DNA of 64,000 nt from an uncultured virus (IMG/VR IMGVR_UViG_3300025655_005747) (lineage: Duplodnaviria; Heunggongvirae; Uroviricota; Caudoviricetes). Each line of letters starts with the position of its first letter. The first letter of the stretch is position 1. Where the stretch lies: the IMG/VR virus record IMGVR_UViG_3300025655_005747; one strand, given 5' to 3'. Positions 1 through 8,145 of the stretch are shown here, piece after piece. Position numbers and translations under genes: made by a program. The notes beneath the pieces are model-generated. The model made no database searches. It was given only the letters and a program-made list of their open reading frames with translations, and was not told the origin of the DNA.

Positions 1-1
1 T

Positions 2-376
2 TGGATCAGTATCAGCCCAAAGCTTCTCAGCAAGATAGACTCTACAAGAAGGTTTTTTGCTAGTCATACTGAGTGGGACTTTATACCCTTGGAAGTGACC
101 GAGGAACAATATAAGACGATATTAGACTTCTTTAACGAAACAAGAGGAAGCAAATATGACTGGTTTGGAATGTTGCTATCTCAGTTTCTACCTTTTAGAA
201 TTAAAACAGAAAACAGATGGTATTGCAGCGAGTGGATAGCATATGCTCTCAGAATTGCTAGTGTTGTTGACTGGAAGACAATTAAAATTTATGAACGAAA
301 AGACTTATCACCCAGCGTATTACATGATATAGTAACGAAAATAAAAGAAAATGAAAGGAAGAAAATACAAGGTTGA
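2..376 (+). CDS. Permuted papain-like amidase (YiiX/YaeF-like), 5'-truncated by the window edge
   Basis: The frame is open from base 2 (WISISPKLL...) into the listed ORF. The YDWFG...RWYCSEWIAYAL motif matches the C-terminal catalytic-Cys (CSE) region of permuted NlpC/P60 enzymes. Confidence 0.6.
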   Translation, partial: WISISPKLLSKIDSTRRFFASHTEWDFIPLEVTEEQYKTILDFFNETRGSKYDWFGMLLSQFLPFRIKTENRWYCSEWIAYALRIASVVDWKTIKIYERKDLSPSVLHDIVTKIKENERKKIQG

Positions 377-554
377 CGAGTGGGTTTATTACGATTTCCT
401 ACCCGAGCAAGATACGACAGGCAATTATCGTAAAAAAGCAGTAATACTTTCAATATGTTCTCAGCGTGATTATTATGACTACGAGATCTATATAGAAGAA
501 ACTGGTGTATACAAGAAGGTCCGTGAGGATTCATTATTTCCAGTTGAACAATGA
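351..554 (+). CDS. Hypothetical small protein (SH3/KOW-like beta pattern)
   Basis: 67-aa ORF, co-directional and overlapping the previous gene; no recognisable catalytic motif. Confidence 0.6.
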   Translation: MKGRKYKVDEWVYYDFLPEQDTTGNYRKKAVILSICSQRDYYDYEIYIEETGVYKKVREDSLFPVEQ

Positions 555-573
555 AATAAATTTGTAGTATTAT
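544..573 (+). promoter_or_regulatory. Possible sigma70-type promoter (TTGAAC-N18-TATTAT)
   Basis: Near-consensus -35/-10 hexamers in the AT-rich gap upstream of GAGG and ATG 598. Confidence 0.35.
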
Positions 574-597
574 AAAAAATACTTATTTGAGGAATAA

Positions 598-1389
598 ATG
601 AATAATCTCGTTCTTTTTGACGTTGACGGCACTTTGACTGAAGCAAGGGATGCTATCTCTGTTAGGATGCTCAAGGCACTCAGAGAGCTTTGTAGGTACG
701 CTGAAATAGGGTTTCTCACTGGTTCTGGGCTTGAATACATTAAGGAGCAGCTTTGGCCTGCTTTAAATGATCCAATTATAAAGCAAAATAGCCATCTTTT
801 ACCGTGCAATGGTACCGAATACGTTATAACTGATGGTATTGAAGAACTTATCTTTAACCACATTTCAAAAGCGTCGATGGAAGACGAAATTGGCGATGGC
901 TCCATGAGAGAGTTGCTTAAGGTGCTTTGCGAAATGCAAGCACAAGTGGTACAAGAATACAGCATTCCCTTGACGGGCAATTTTATTCAAAACAGAGGCT
1001 CAATGGTTAATTGGTGTCCTATTGGAAGAGCAGCGAAAGGTGAAGCACGCGAAGCCTTCCTGTTATTAGATGAGCAGCTTGGTATAAGAAGAAAATATTT
1101 TGATATACTCTCAAAAGAAATTGCATCAAGAAAGATTGGCTTAACTTTGAAACTTGGCGGTGATACGTCATTTGATATTTATCCAAATGGTTGGGACAAG
1201 ACATATGCTTTCAAACACTTTAATGAGCACGACTGGAATTTTTGGTTTGTTGGAGACCGATGTTATCCGCAAGGAAATGACTATGAAATATTCGAGCATC
1301 TCAAGCATACCGGTCGAGCGTTTGAAACGTCTGGCCCTCAAGAAACAATAGAAATAATAGATTTTCACATCTTAAGAGACATGTTATAA
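598..1389 (+). CDS. Eukaryote-type (PMM2/Sec53-like) HAD phosphomannomutase
   Basis: LFDVDGTLT (HAD motif I), RGSMVNWCPIGR, GGDTSFDIYPNGWDKTY and FVGDR..QGNDYEIF match the signature segments of the PMM family. Confidence 0.85.
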   Translation: MNNLVLFDVDGTLTEARDAISVRMLKALRELCRYAEIGFLTGSGLEYIKEQLWPALNDPIIKQNSHLLPCNGTEYVITDGIEELIFNHISKASMEDEIGDGSMRELLKVLCEMQAQVVQEYSIPLTGNFIQNRGSMVNWCPIGRAAKGEAREAFLLLDEQLGIRRKYFDILSKEIASRKIGLTLKLGGDTSFDIYPNGWDKTYAFKHFNEHDWNFWFVGDRCYPQGNDYEIFEHLKHTGRAFETSGPQETIEIIDFHILRDML

Positions 1390-1400
1390 GGAGTTTAAGC

Positions 1401-1877
1401 ATGAGTGAAGAAACAAAAACAGTAATGGTATCAGGAGGCTTCGATCCTGTACATGTCGGACACATCCGAATGATTCGTGAAGCGGCTCAATATGGAGATG
1501 TGATAGTTATTGCTAATTCTGATAACTGGTTACATAGAAAAAAGGGCTTTGTTTTTATGGAGTTTGAAAAAAGGTCTGAAATTTTGAGCGCACTCAAGGG
1601 TGTTATCTTAGTCGATTCTGTCGATGATACTGATGGTACAGTCTGTGAAGCAATTCGTCGTCACAAGCCAGATTATTTTGCTAATGGCGGTGACAGGGGA
1701 AAGAAAAACACCCCCGAACAAGACGTTTGTGAAGAAATGGGAGTAGAATTACTGTGGGGTATTGGCGGAGACTACAAAGCAGACGCCTCTTCAACACTAG
1801 TAAACAGGTTCAGAAAAGAACAAGAAAATGTAGAAGTTGCTCCACAACGCTCGAAAATTAAACACTCTGGAAGGTAG
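1401..1877 (+). CDS. HIGH-motif nucleotidyltransferase (TagD / RfaE domain II-like cytidylyltransferase)
   Basis: SGGFDPVHVGH, NSD..L.RKKG and FANGGDR motifs; AGGAG RBS. Confidence 0.8.
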   Translation: MSEETKTVMVSGGFDPVHVGHIRMIREAAQYGDVIVIANSDNWLHRKKGFVFMEFEKRSEILSALKGVILVDSVDDTDGTVCEAIRRHKPDYFANGGDRGKKNTPEQDVCEEMGVELLWGIGGDYKADASSTLVNRFRKEQENVEVAPQRSKIKHSGR

Positions 1878-1902
1878 GTGACGGTGTGCTACATAAACAA
1901 GC

Positions 1903-1910
1903 ACTAGTTA
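1903..1910 (+). promoter_or_regulatory. ACTAnTTA candidate phage promoter motif
   Basis: ACTAGTTA lies 23 nt before ATG 1934; the same motif recurs before at least 5 other genes. Confidence 0.45.
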
Positions 1911-1933
1911 AATTAGACGAAGGGCTCTCGTTT

Positions 1934-2464
1934 ATGGACTATATAACATCCAATACTAAAACTTTGAAGCTAGACTCGTCTTACAGGCCGCTTGAGATAG
2001 TTGATGCTCTCGAAGCCCTAGTTTTGTGCATAATAGGAAAAGCGCACGCCATCGAAACTTACAAAGAAGAAGTCAGATCTGTTTCAGAGTCTTTCAAACT
2101 TCCAGCAGTGATAGTCTTAACGAGATATGTAAAACTTCGTTTTCACTCCATGACTCCAAATAGGGCAAATATTATTTGGCGAGATCAAAACACATGCCAA
2201 TATTGCTCAAAAGAATGCGAAAGCAAAGTTTTAACAATAGATCATGTTATACCTCGTTCAAGAGGCGGTGAAAACACTTGGAAAAACTTAGTTGCTGCTT
2301 GTAAGAAATGCAATCAAAAAAAAGGAAACAGAACTCCAAAAGAAGCTAATATGGTTTTACTACGAGAACCAAAAAGACCAAAATCAAACGTTCTTAGAAC
2401 AGTAAGCAAAAAACAAATTAGTGATTTATGGAAAAACTATTTATGGGAAACAAATGAAAACTAA
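1934..2464 (+). CDS. HNH endonuclease (McrA/HNH_5-like)
   Basis: RDQNTCQYC...LTIDHVIPRSRGGENTWKNLVAACKKCNQKKG. ATG 1934 is preferred over GTG 1886. Confidence 0.9.
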   Translation: MDYITSNTKTLKLDSSYRPLEIVDALEALVLCIIGKAHAIETYKEEVRSVSESFKLPAVIVLTRYVKLRFHSMTPNRANIIWRDQNTCQYCSKECESKVLTIDHVIPRSRGGENTWKNLVAACKKCNQKKGNRTPKEANMVLLREPKRPKSNVLRTVSKKQISDLWKNYLWETNEN

Positions 2465-2711
2465 AAACAAAGTTTGCTATCTATCAGAATTAGGACACAG
2501 AAACTTTCAATATCCTAGTAATAAGAAAGCAATAATGAAATCTGAATGTAAATACGAAACACTTGCTTGGGTTCATGGAAGTAGAGATTTAAAACCTGTA
2601 AAGGTAAATGTGTCGTGTATTATTCCAATGGAACTTGACAACGATCCAGCCTATGATATATTGAAAGATAGCAATGAAAACAAAAACATTGTTGTTTGGA
2701 TAGAAAAATAA
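2454..2711 (+). CDS. Hypothetical protein
   Basis: ORF overlapping the HNH stop; ACTATTTA at 2436-2443 precedes ATG 2454. Confidence 0.6.
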   Translation: MKTKNKVCYLSELGHRNFQYPSNKKAIMKSECKYETLAWVHGSRDLKPVKVNVSCIIPMELDNDPAYDILKDSNENKNIVVWIEK

Positions 2712-2730
2712 TAATTTCATAGGAGAAAAA

Positions 2731-3207
2731 ATGTCTATTGTAACAAAACTTCAATCACTTAACCTTGCAGACGATGCAATGATTCATCTTACATACGAAG
2801 AGGGAGCAGATGTATTCGTACATAATGATACAGAAGTAGAGGATGCAATCAACGAAACTAGCGTTATTTATGAGTTTGCTTCACTCGTTGCTCAAACAAA
2901 GTTGGATGTTAGAAATCGTTGGTCTGGAAATATTCTAGAGCACCTTCGCAACGAAAGTTATCTTGATGATTATGAGCGTGGAACATACGGTTTTGAGAAT
3001 TTTATTGCCGAAACCATCCGCGATAACTTTTACGATGTTGATCTAATTGAATATTCAACTGAGAAGTATGACCACAAGCGCGGCTTCACTACCCTTACAG
3101 CAGAAGTTGACATCCCGTTTGCTAACTTCGTACAGGTTAACCCAAACATTACTGGCTGGAAGGTTTCAGTAGAAACAGACAACGGCACTTTGACTTTCGA
3201 CGCATAG
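2731..3207 (+). CDS. Hypothetical acidic phage protein
   Basis: 158-aa ORF with a strong AGGAG RBS. Confidence 0.8.
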   Translation: MSIVTKLQSLNLADDAMIHLTYEEGADVFVHNDTEVEDAINETSVIYEFASLVAQTKLDVRNRWSGNILEHLRNESYLDDYERGTYGFENFIAETIRDNFYDVDLIEYSTEKYDHKRGFTTLTAEVDIPFANFVQVNPNITGWKVSVETDNGTLTFDA

Positions 3208-3316
3208 TGCGCGCTGTCCTGCTCGCGCATTCAATAAGCGGGAGGGGGCTGCCCGACCCAAACGTAGGCAGAGGTTTACGGTTATCCTAGTTCTAGACAA
3301 AAAACCGTTTCTTTTA
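3206..3316 (+). ncRNA. Candidate structured RNA element (pseudoknot plus hairpins, possibly ending in a terminator)
   Basis: GC-rich intergenic island. Pairings are 3206-3213/3224-3231, 3217-3223/3237-3243, 3249-3253/3267-3271 and 3278-3283/3303-3308, followed by TTCTTTT. Confidence 0.4.
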
Positions 3317-3337
3317 AAATAACACATATATACTTAT

Positions 3338-3487
3338 GTGGAAACAGTGGTAGAACTAACAGTACTGGCGTTAGCCATGTTCTTGGTTGCGTTTTTTTGT
3401 ATGAAGACGTTAGTAGTTCCAAAAAACACAACTACCGCTATGAATAAAATTTATGAAATCGAAGAGACGCTATACCAAAAACGATAA
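3338..3487 (+). CDS. Putative 49-aa single-pass membrane protein (below the ORF-track cutoff)
   Basis: GTG 3338 to TAA 3487 gives METVVELTVLALAMFLVAFFCMKTLVVPK...YQKR, with one hydrophobic segment; no clear RBS. Confidence 0.4.
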   Translation: METVVELTVLALAMFLVAFFCMKTLVVPKNTTTAMNKIYEIEETLYQKR

Positions 3488-3710
3488 AGTTTTGGTTAAA
3501 TCATTTGCTGGACCTGACGTATGTGTCCGCCTTGTTAAACGTTATCTACCGTCTAAAGCCGAACATAAGCTTGGTGTTGAAGGGTGGGAGGCGATCATAG
3601 AGGATAGCAAGGAAGTTAACAAGTTGCGCTCTCATGGTGTACCATATAATAAACAAGAAAAACCGAAAGTATGGGTGTTTGATAATCAAATAATAAAAAG
3701 ATGTCACTAA
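3453..3710 (+). CDS. Hypothetical basic protein
   Basis: 85-aa co-directional ORF. Confidence 0.65.
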   Translation: MKSKRRYTKNDKVLVKSFAGPDVCVRLVKRYLPSKAEHKLGVEGWEAIIEDSKEVNKLRSHGVPYNKQEKPKVWVFDNQIIKRCH

Positions 3711-3729
3711 TTAAACCAGAAGGTCATTT

Positions 3730-5067
3730 ATGCCCCCAAAAAAGAATTATGTGCTAGACACTAGTGTTTATTTAACTGAAGCTAGTTCTATTTTTAAATT
3801 TGAAAATCACGACATCTTCATTCCACTTAAAGTTCTCGAAGAGGTTGACGGACACAAAAAAAGACAAGACTCGGTTGGTTCCAACGCAAGACACTTTATC
3901 AGAATACTTGACGAGTTAAGAGCAAAAGGTTCTCTTGAAAAAGGTGTAAGAATAGATAAGGGCTTGGGAACGGTAAGAGTTTTATCTTATTCGTCTTTGG
4001 ATAATGTTATATTTCCACCTGACTTAGATCTACGTCTCCCAGACCACACCATAATAGCGACTGCAATGGCTGCTCAGATGCTTGAGCCAAAACGAAAGAC
4101 TGTTCTTGTTTCAAGAGACATCAACATGAGAGTTATTTGTGATTCTCTTGGGCTTCAAGCAGAAGACTACACATCGGAAGAAGCCGTAACGTCTTCTGAT
4201 GAACTTTATAACGGCTTTGTGGTTCAGCCAGTCGATGACCAGATAATTGATAGGTATTATGCTGGCGAGGATGTTTTCATTGATGAAGAAGACATTCAGG
4301 AGCCTTGGTATCCAAATCAATATGTAATGCTAGTATCAAACGAAAATGAAAAGAAGTCTGCACTTGCTCGGTTTAAGAGTCATCACGAGCCATTAGAAAA
4401 TGTTATTCACAAAAACATACCAGACTGGAAGATCGATGCTAGAAACAAAGAACAAGCATTTGCTATCGATATGTTGATGGATCCAGAAATAAAAATAGTT
4501 TCATTAGTTGGTCGTGCAGGCTCAGGAAAGACTTTGATGGCTATTGCTGCTGGTCTGCAACAGACAATAGGTTTACGAAGCGAGAATAACCACTACAACC
4601 GCCTTATTGTGTCTCGCCCGGTACAACCCCTTGGAAAAGACATCGGATATCTTCCAGGCACCATGGAGGAGAAAATGCTACCATGGCTGATGCCTATTCA
4701 GGATAACCTCAAGTTCTTGATGGGCGATCGAACATCTCTTGAAATGTATATGGAAAAAGGAAAGATTGAACTCGAAGCCCTCACCTACATCAGAGGTCGC
4801 TCCATAGCAAACGCATTCATTATTATTGATGAAGCACAGAACCTCACAAAACACGAAGTAAAAACTATTATTACTCGTATTGGTGAGGGCACAAAGATTA
4901 TTTTAACTGGTGATGTCGAACAAATTGATAATGTATACGTAAATGAGACATCAAACGGTCTTGCTCACGCAATCGAAAAGTTCAAAGAATACAGAATAGC
5001 TGGTCACGTAACGTTCCGAAAGGGTGAGCGTTCGGAATTAGCTACACTAGCATCAAAAGTATTATAA
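3730..5067 (+). CDS. phoH: PIN domain-PhoH ATPase fusion (PhoH2/YlaK-like)
   Basis: N-terminal PIN domain (YVLDTSVYL, EEVD..K, SRDINMR). C-terminal PhoH domain (GRAGSGKT, GYLPG, YIRGRS, IIDEAQN, LTGDVEQID). Confidence 0.93.
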   Translation: MPPKKNYVLDTSVYLTEASSIFKFENHDIFIPLKVLEEVDGHKKRQDSVGSNARHFIRILDELRAKGSLEKGVRIDKGLGTVRVLSYSSLDNVIFPPDLDLRLPDHTIIATAMAAQMLEPKRKTVLVSRDINMRVICDSLGLQAEDYTSEEAVTSSDELYNGFVVQPVDDQIIDRYYAGEDVFIDEEDIQEPWYPNQYVMLVSNENEKKSALARFKSHHEPLENVIHKNIPDWKIDARNKEQAFAIDMLMDPEIKIVSLVGRAGSGKTLMAIAAGLQQTIGLRSENNHYNRLIVSRPVQPLGKDIGYLPGTMEEKMLPWLMPIQDNLKFLMGDRTSLEMYMEKGKIELEALTYIRGRSIANAFIIIDEAQNLTKHEVKTIITRIGEGTKIILTGDVEQIDNVYVNETSNGLAHAIEKFKEYRIAGHVTFRKGERSELATLASKVL

Positions 5068-5114
5068 ACAAAACTTAATTTTTGATTTATATTAATCGAA
5101 AGGAGTGTCTTATT

Positions 5115-5417
5115 ATGACTAACGAGCAAGCACAAACTGAAGCAACATTAATAAACGAAGCAGAACTAAATACGAGTCCTTTACCATCCATAATTGTTGA
5201 AAAAGACTCCGCCCTGAAGAGCTATTTAGTAGAGTATGTCGGTACGAAACTGAATAATGAATTGGTGACGGTAGAGATGATTACAGAAGTACTAGCAACA
5301 GAGTTCCCAGAATTTGTTATTAGTTTAGCAGAAGAGAATTTTTTACTGGGATATGAACAAGGGTTGAGCGATGCTGACGGATTACATTCAAGAAAAGCAG
5401 AAACAGTTGAAGAGTAA
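5115..5417 (+). CDS. Hypothetical acidic protein
   Basis: AAGGAG lies upstream of ATG 5115; AEENFLLGYEQGLSD motif. Confidence 0.7.
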   Translation: MTNEQAQTEATLINEAELNTSPLPSIIVEKDSALKSYLVEYVGTKLNNELVTVEMITEVLATEFPEFVISLAEENFLLGYEQGLSDADGLHSRKAETVEE

Positions 5418-6060
5418 GTCCATGGACTTTTATACTCCGACTGGGTTACATGTATATATGCAACAACCAGTTGATGGTGTCGATGTGGAAGAAGTTATCC
5501 ATAAAATGGAAACGGTATTGCCGCAACACTTCAGAGACGAGATAGAAATGATCATCTTTGGATGGTTTGATGAGTTTGAAGAGAGGAATATCAATGCATT
5601 CTACAACGATAACGCAATATACGTCTCGCATCTACAAGATGATGCAGCCGACTTATACGATGACTTAATACACGAAATAGCACACTCTTTAGAAGAAGCA
5701 TATGGATATGAGATATATGCCGACGAAGACATCAAAGATGAGTTCTTAAGAAAGAGAAAATACCTTCACGATGTTTTGTGGAAGTTAGGATACAGAGCCC
5801 CGCTGTCTTTTTTTGAAGATATAGAGTTCAACCAAGAGTTTGATGACTTCCTGTACAAGAAGATAGGGTACGATAAATTATCAACCATAATGTCTGGTAT
5901 GTTTATCAGCCCATACGCTGCGACTTCTCTGAGAGAATATTTTGCGACAGCCTTTACAGAGTACTTTTTGGACTCGAACCATGAGTTTTTAAAGAAGGTC
6001 TCTCCAGCAGCATTTTATAAAATTAATATGCTTAAAGATATGAAAGAGCTTGACTTTTAA
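5371..6060 (+). CDS. Putative zinc metallopeptidase (HExxH)
   Basis: LIHEIAH plus downstream YAATSLREYFA, a zincin-like third-ligand motif. Confidence 0.6.
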   Translation: MLTDYIQEKQKQLKSKSMDFYTPTGLHVYMQQPVDGVDVEEVIHKMETVLPQHFRDEIEMIIFGWFDEFEERNINAFYNDNAIYVSHLQDDAADLYDDLIHEIAHSLEEAYGYEIYADEDIKDEFLRKRKYLHDVLWKLGYRAPLSFFEDIEFNQEFDDFLYKKIGYDKLSTIMSGMFISPYAATSLREYFATAFTEYFLDSNHEFLKKVSPAAFYKINMLKDMKELDF

Positions 6061-6077
6061 AAAAAAGCGGTTATGAT
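6050..6077 (+). promoter_or_regulatory. Sigma70-type promoter (TTGACT-N16-TATGAT)
   Basis: Near-consensus hexamers immediately upstream of AGGAG and ATG 6096, which starts a long coupled gene run. Confidence 0.5.
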
Positions 6078-6095
6078 ATAAAGTTAGGAGACAAA

Positions 6096-6857
6096 ATGTC
6101 GCATATATCATATTCTGAATTAAAGGATTGGAGCTTCTGTCCTTTCTACCACAAGCTCACTCGTGTGGATGGTATCGACGGCTTCACCGGAAACGAATAC
6201 ACTGCTTTTGGTTCTGCTATTCACTCTGTGTGTGAGAAGAAGCTTCTTCAAGAAGAGATAGCTGAAAACTTTTTTGTTGAAGAGTTAAAGAAGAATATAG
6301 CTGCTTTGGATGAGGAAGTTGATAACAAGCTTGTTCACCAGATGATGAAGCAAGGGAATGCTATTATTCCTGAAATTGATGACGCTCTTAGTGAATATTT
6401 TGAGGAGTATGAAGTCCTTGCAGTTGAGATGCCTTTGATGGAACAAATTGACGGTCACGAACACAAGTTTAAGGGCTTTATCGACGCAGTTGTTGCTACA
6501 CCCGATGGAAAAGTACACATCTTCGACTGGAAGACTTGTTCGTGGGGCTGGGACTCTAAAAAGAAAAGCGACAAGATGATCACATATCAACTTACTCTTT
6601 ATAAGCATTTCTTCTGCCAAAAGATGGAAGTAGATCCAAAGGATATAGAAACTCACTTCGCACTACTTAAACGTACAGCCAAGAAAAACCATGTGGAGTT
6701 TTTTAGAGTTACTAGCGGTCCAAGAAAAACAGAAAATGCCCTTAAACTTTTAAATACGGCATTGTACAATATTAAAAACCAACGATACATCAAGAACCGT
6801 TTGTCGTGTACCGGTGGTTATGGTTGTAAATTTTATAAGACAGAACACTGTCCTTGA
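6096..6857 (+). CDS. PD-(D/E)XK exonuclease, Cas4/AddB-like with a probable Fe-S cluster
   Basis: HISYS...CP, GSAIH, E...KGFIDAV...IFDWKT, QLTLY; one N-terminal Cys plus three C-terminal Cys (C.....C......C). Confidence 0.85.
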   Translation: MSHISYSELKDWSFCPFYHKLTRVDGIDGFTGNEYTAFGSAIHSVCEKKLLQEEIAENFFVEELKKNIAALDEEVDNKLVHQMMKQGNAIIPEIDDALSEYFEEYEVLAVEMPLMEQIDGHEHKFKGFIDAVVATPDGKVHIFDWKTCSWGWDSKKKSDKMITYQLTLYKHFFCQKMEVDPKDIETHFALLKRTAKKNHVEFFRVTSGPRKTENALKLLNTALYNIKNQRYIKNRLSCTGGYGCKFYKTEHCP

Positions 6858-6864
6858 GGAATAA

Positions 6865-8145
6865 ATGAAAAAGAAAAAAATACTGGTCTTATCTGACCAT
6901 CCGCTTTCTCCTTCTGGAGTTGGAACACAAACTCGTTATATGATCGAAGCATTACTTAAGACCGGTCGATACGAGTTTGTTTGTTTAGGTGGCGCTATGA
7001 AGCACCAAGACTACACACCAGTCAGGGTTGACCCATGGGGCGATGACTGGAGAATTTTTCCAGTAGATGGCTACGGGAACCATGAGATTGTAAGATCTAT
7101 AATGCAAAAAGAAAGACCAGATGTACTTTGGTTTATGACTGATCCTCGTTTCTACGAGTGGCTCTGGGAGATCGAGAATGAAGTAAGAGCTAACGTACCG
7201 ATGGTGTACTATCATGTTTGGGATAACTTCCCAGTACCACATTTTAACGCACGCTGGTACCGCTCAAATGATCATATTGCATGTATTTCTAAGGTTACTC
7301 ACCAAGTTGTACAAGCAGCCGCGCCTGATGTTGATAGCACTTATCTCCCACATGCTGTCCCAAACACGGTATTCCGACCCGCTGAAACAGCAGAAGAAAA
7401 GGCTTCAGCGCAACAAATCAGACAACAGGTTTTTGATTCTAGTTCAATGAAGAACCCAAACAAGAAGATTTTCTTTTGGAACAGCAGAAATGCACGTAGA
7501 AAGCAAAGCGGAACACTTATTTGGTGGTTCAAAGAGTTTCTTGATGAAGTTGGGCACGATAAGGCATCCCTTTTGATGCACACAGATCCGCGAGATCCTC
7601 ATGGACAAGATTTGCCGCATATTATCGAACACCTTGGAATTACAGACGGTCAAGTTTTACTCTCGTCGCAGAAGGTTCCACCAGATGGTTTAGCATCTAT
7701 GTACCGTGCAGCAGACTACACTATTGGTATTAGTGATGCAGAGGGCTTCGGTTTATCAACTTTGGAGTCCCTGTCTAGTGGTACTCCTATCATTGTTAAC
7801 ATGACTGGTGGGTTACAAGAGCAAGTTACTGATGGAAAGAACTGGTTTGGATGGGGAATTCAACCGGCTAGTAAGTCTATCATCGGCTCTTTGCAGGTTC
7901 CATACATTTATGAGGACCGCATAAGCCAAGAAGACTTCAATAAGGTGATGAAAAGCGCACTTAAATTGACCGCTCCGAAATATAAAAAGATGGTCGAGGC
8001 GGGACTGAAACACGTCAAAGATAACTATAGCTTTGAGAAGTATGAAACTTCATGGGTAAATTTAATGGATGAAATTATAGAAAAACACGGTTCTTGGGAA
8101 AACAGAACCAATCACAAAAGATGGTATCTCATGGAGGTGGCATAA
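6865..8145 (+). CDS. Glycosyltransferase, GT-B/GT4-like
   Basis: SDHP...SGVG, RNARRK and EGFGLSTLESLSSGTPII (ExxGxxxxE). Confidence 0.9.
   Translation: MKKKKILVLSDHPLSPSGVGTQTRYMIEALLKTGRYEFVCLGGAMKHQDYTPVRVDPWGDDWRIFPVDGYGNHEIVRSIMQKERPDVLWFMTDPRFYEWLWEIENEVRANVPMVYYHVWDNFPVPHFNARWYRSNDHIACISKVTHQVVQAAAPDVDSTYLPHAVPNTVFRPAETAEEKASAQQIRQQVFDSSSMKNPNKKIFFWNSRNARRKQSGTLIWWFKEFLDEVGHDKASLLMHTDPRDPHGQDLPHIIEHLGITDGQVLLSSQKVPPDGLASMYRAADYTIGISDAEGFGLSTLESLSSGTPIIVNMTGGLQEQVTDGKNWFGWGIQPASKSIIGSLQVPYIYEDRISQEDFNKVMKSALKLTAPKYKKMVEAGLKHVKDNYSFEKYETSWVNLMDEIIEKHGSWENRTNHKRWYLMEVA

Noticed and set aside
1934..2464. HNH gene as part of an intron or intein
   Set aside because: It is free-standing between intact genes. 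No interrupted host gene or splice-junction motifs were seen.
3205..3237. Pseudoknot-stimulated readthrough of the TAG at 3205-3207
   Set aside because: Readthrough would add only 9 sense codons before TAA, and the stem overlaps the stop with no spacer.
3150..3320. tmRNA or tRNA (GGGGCTG at ~3245, tandem pseudoknots after a stop codon)
   Set aside because: There is no T-arm (GTTCRA), no acceptor stem or CCA end, and no ssrA-like tag.
6096..6857. Cas4-like gene as evidence of CRISPR-Cas
   Set aside because: No repeat-spacer array or other cas genes were seen. Solo Cas4-like nucleases are common in phages.
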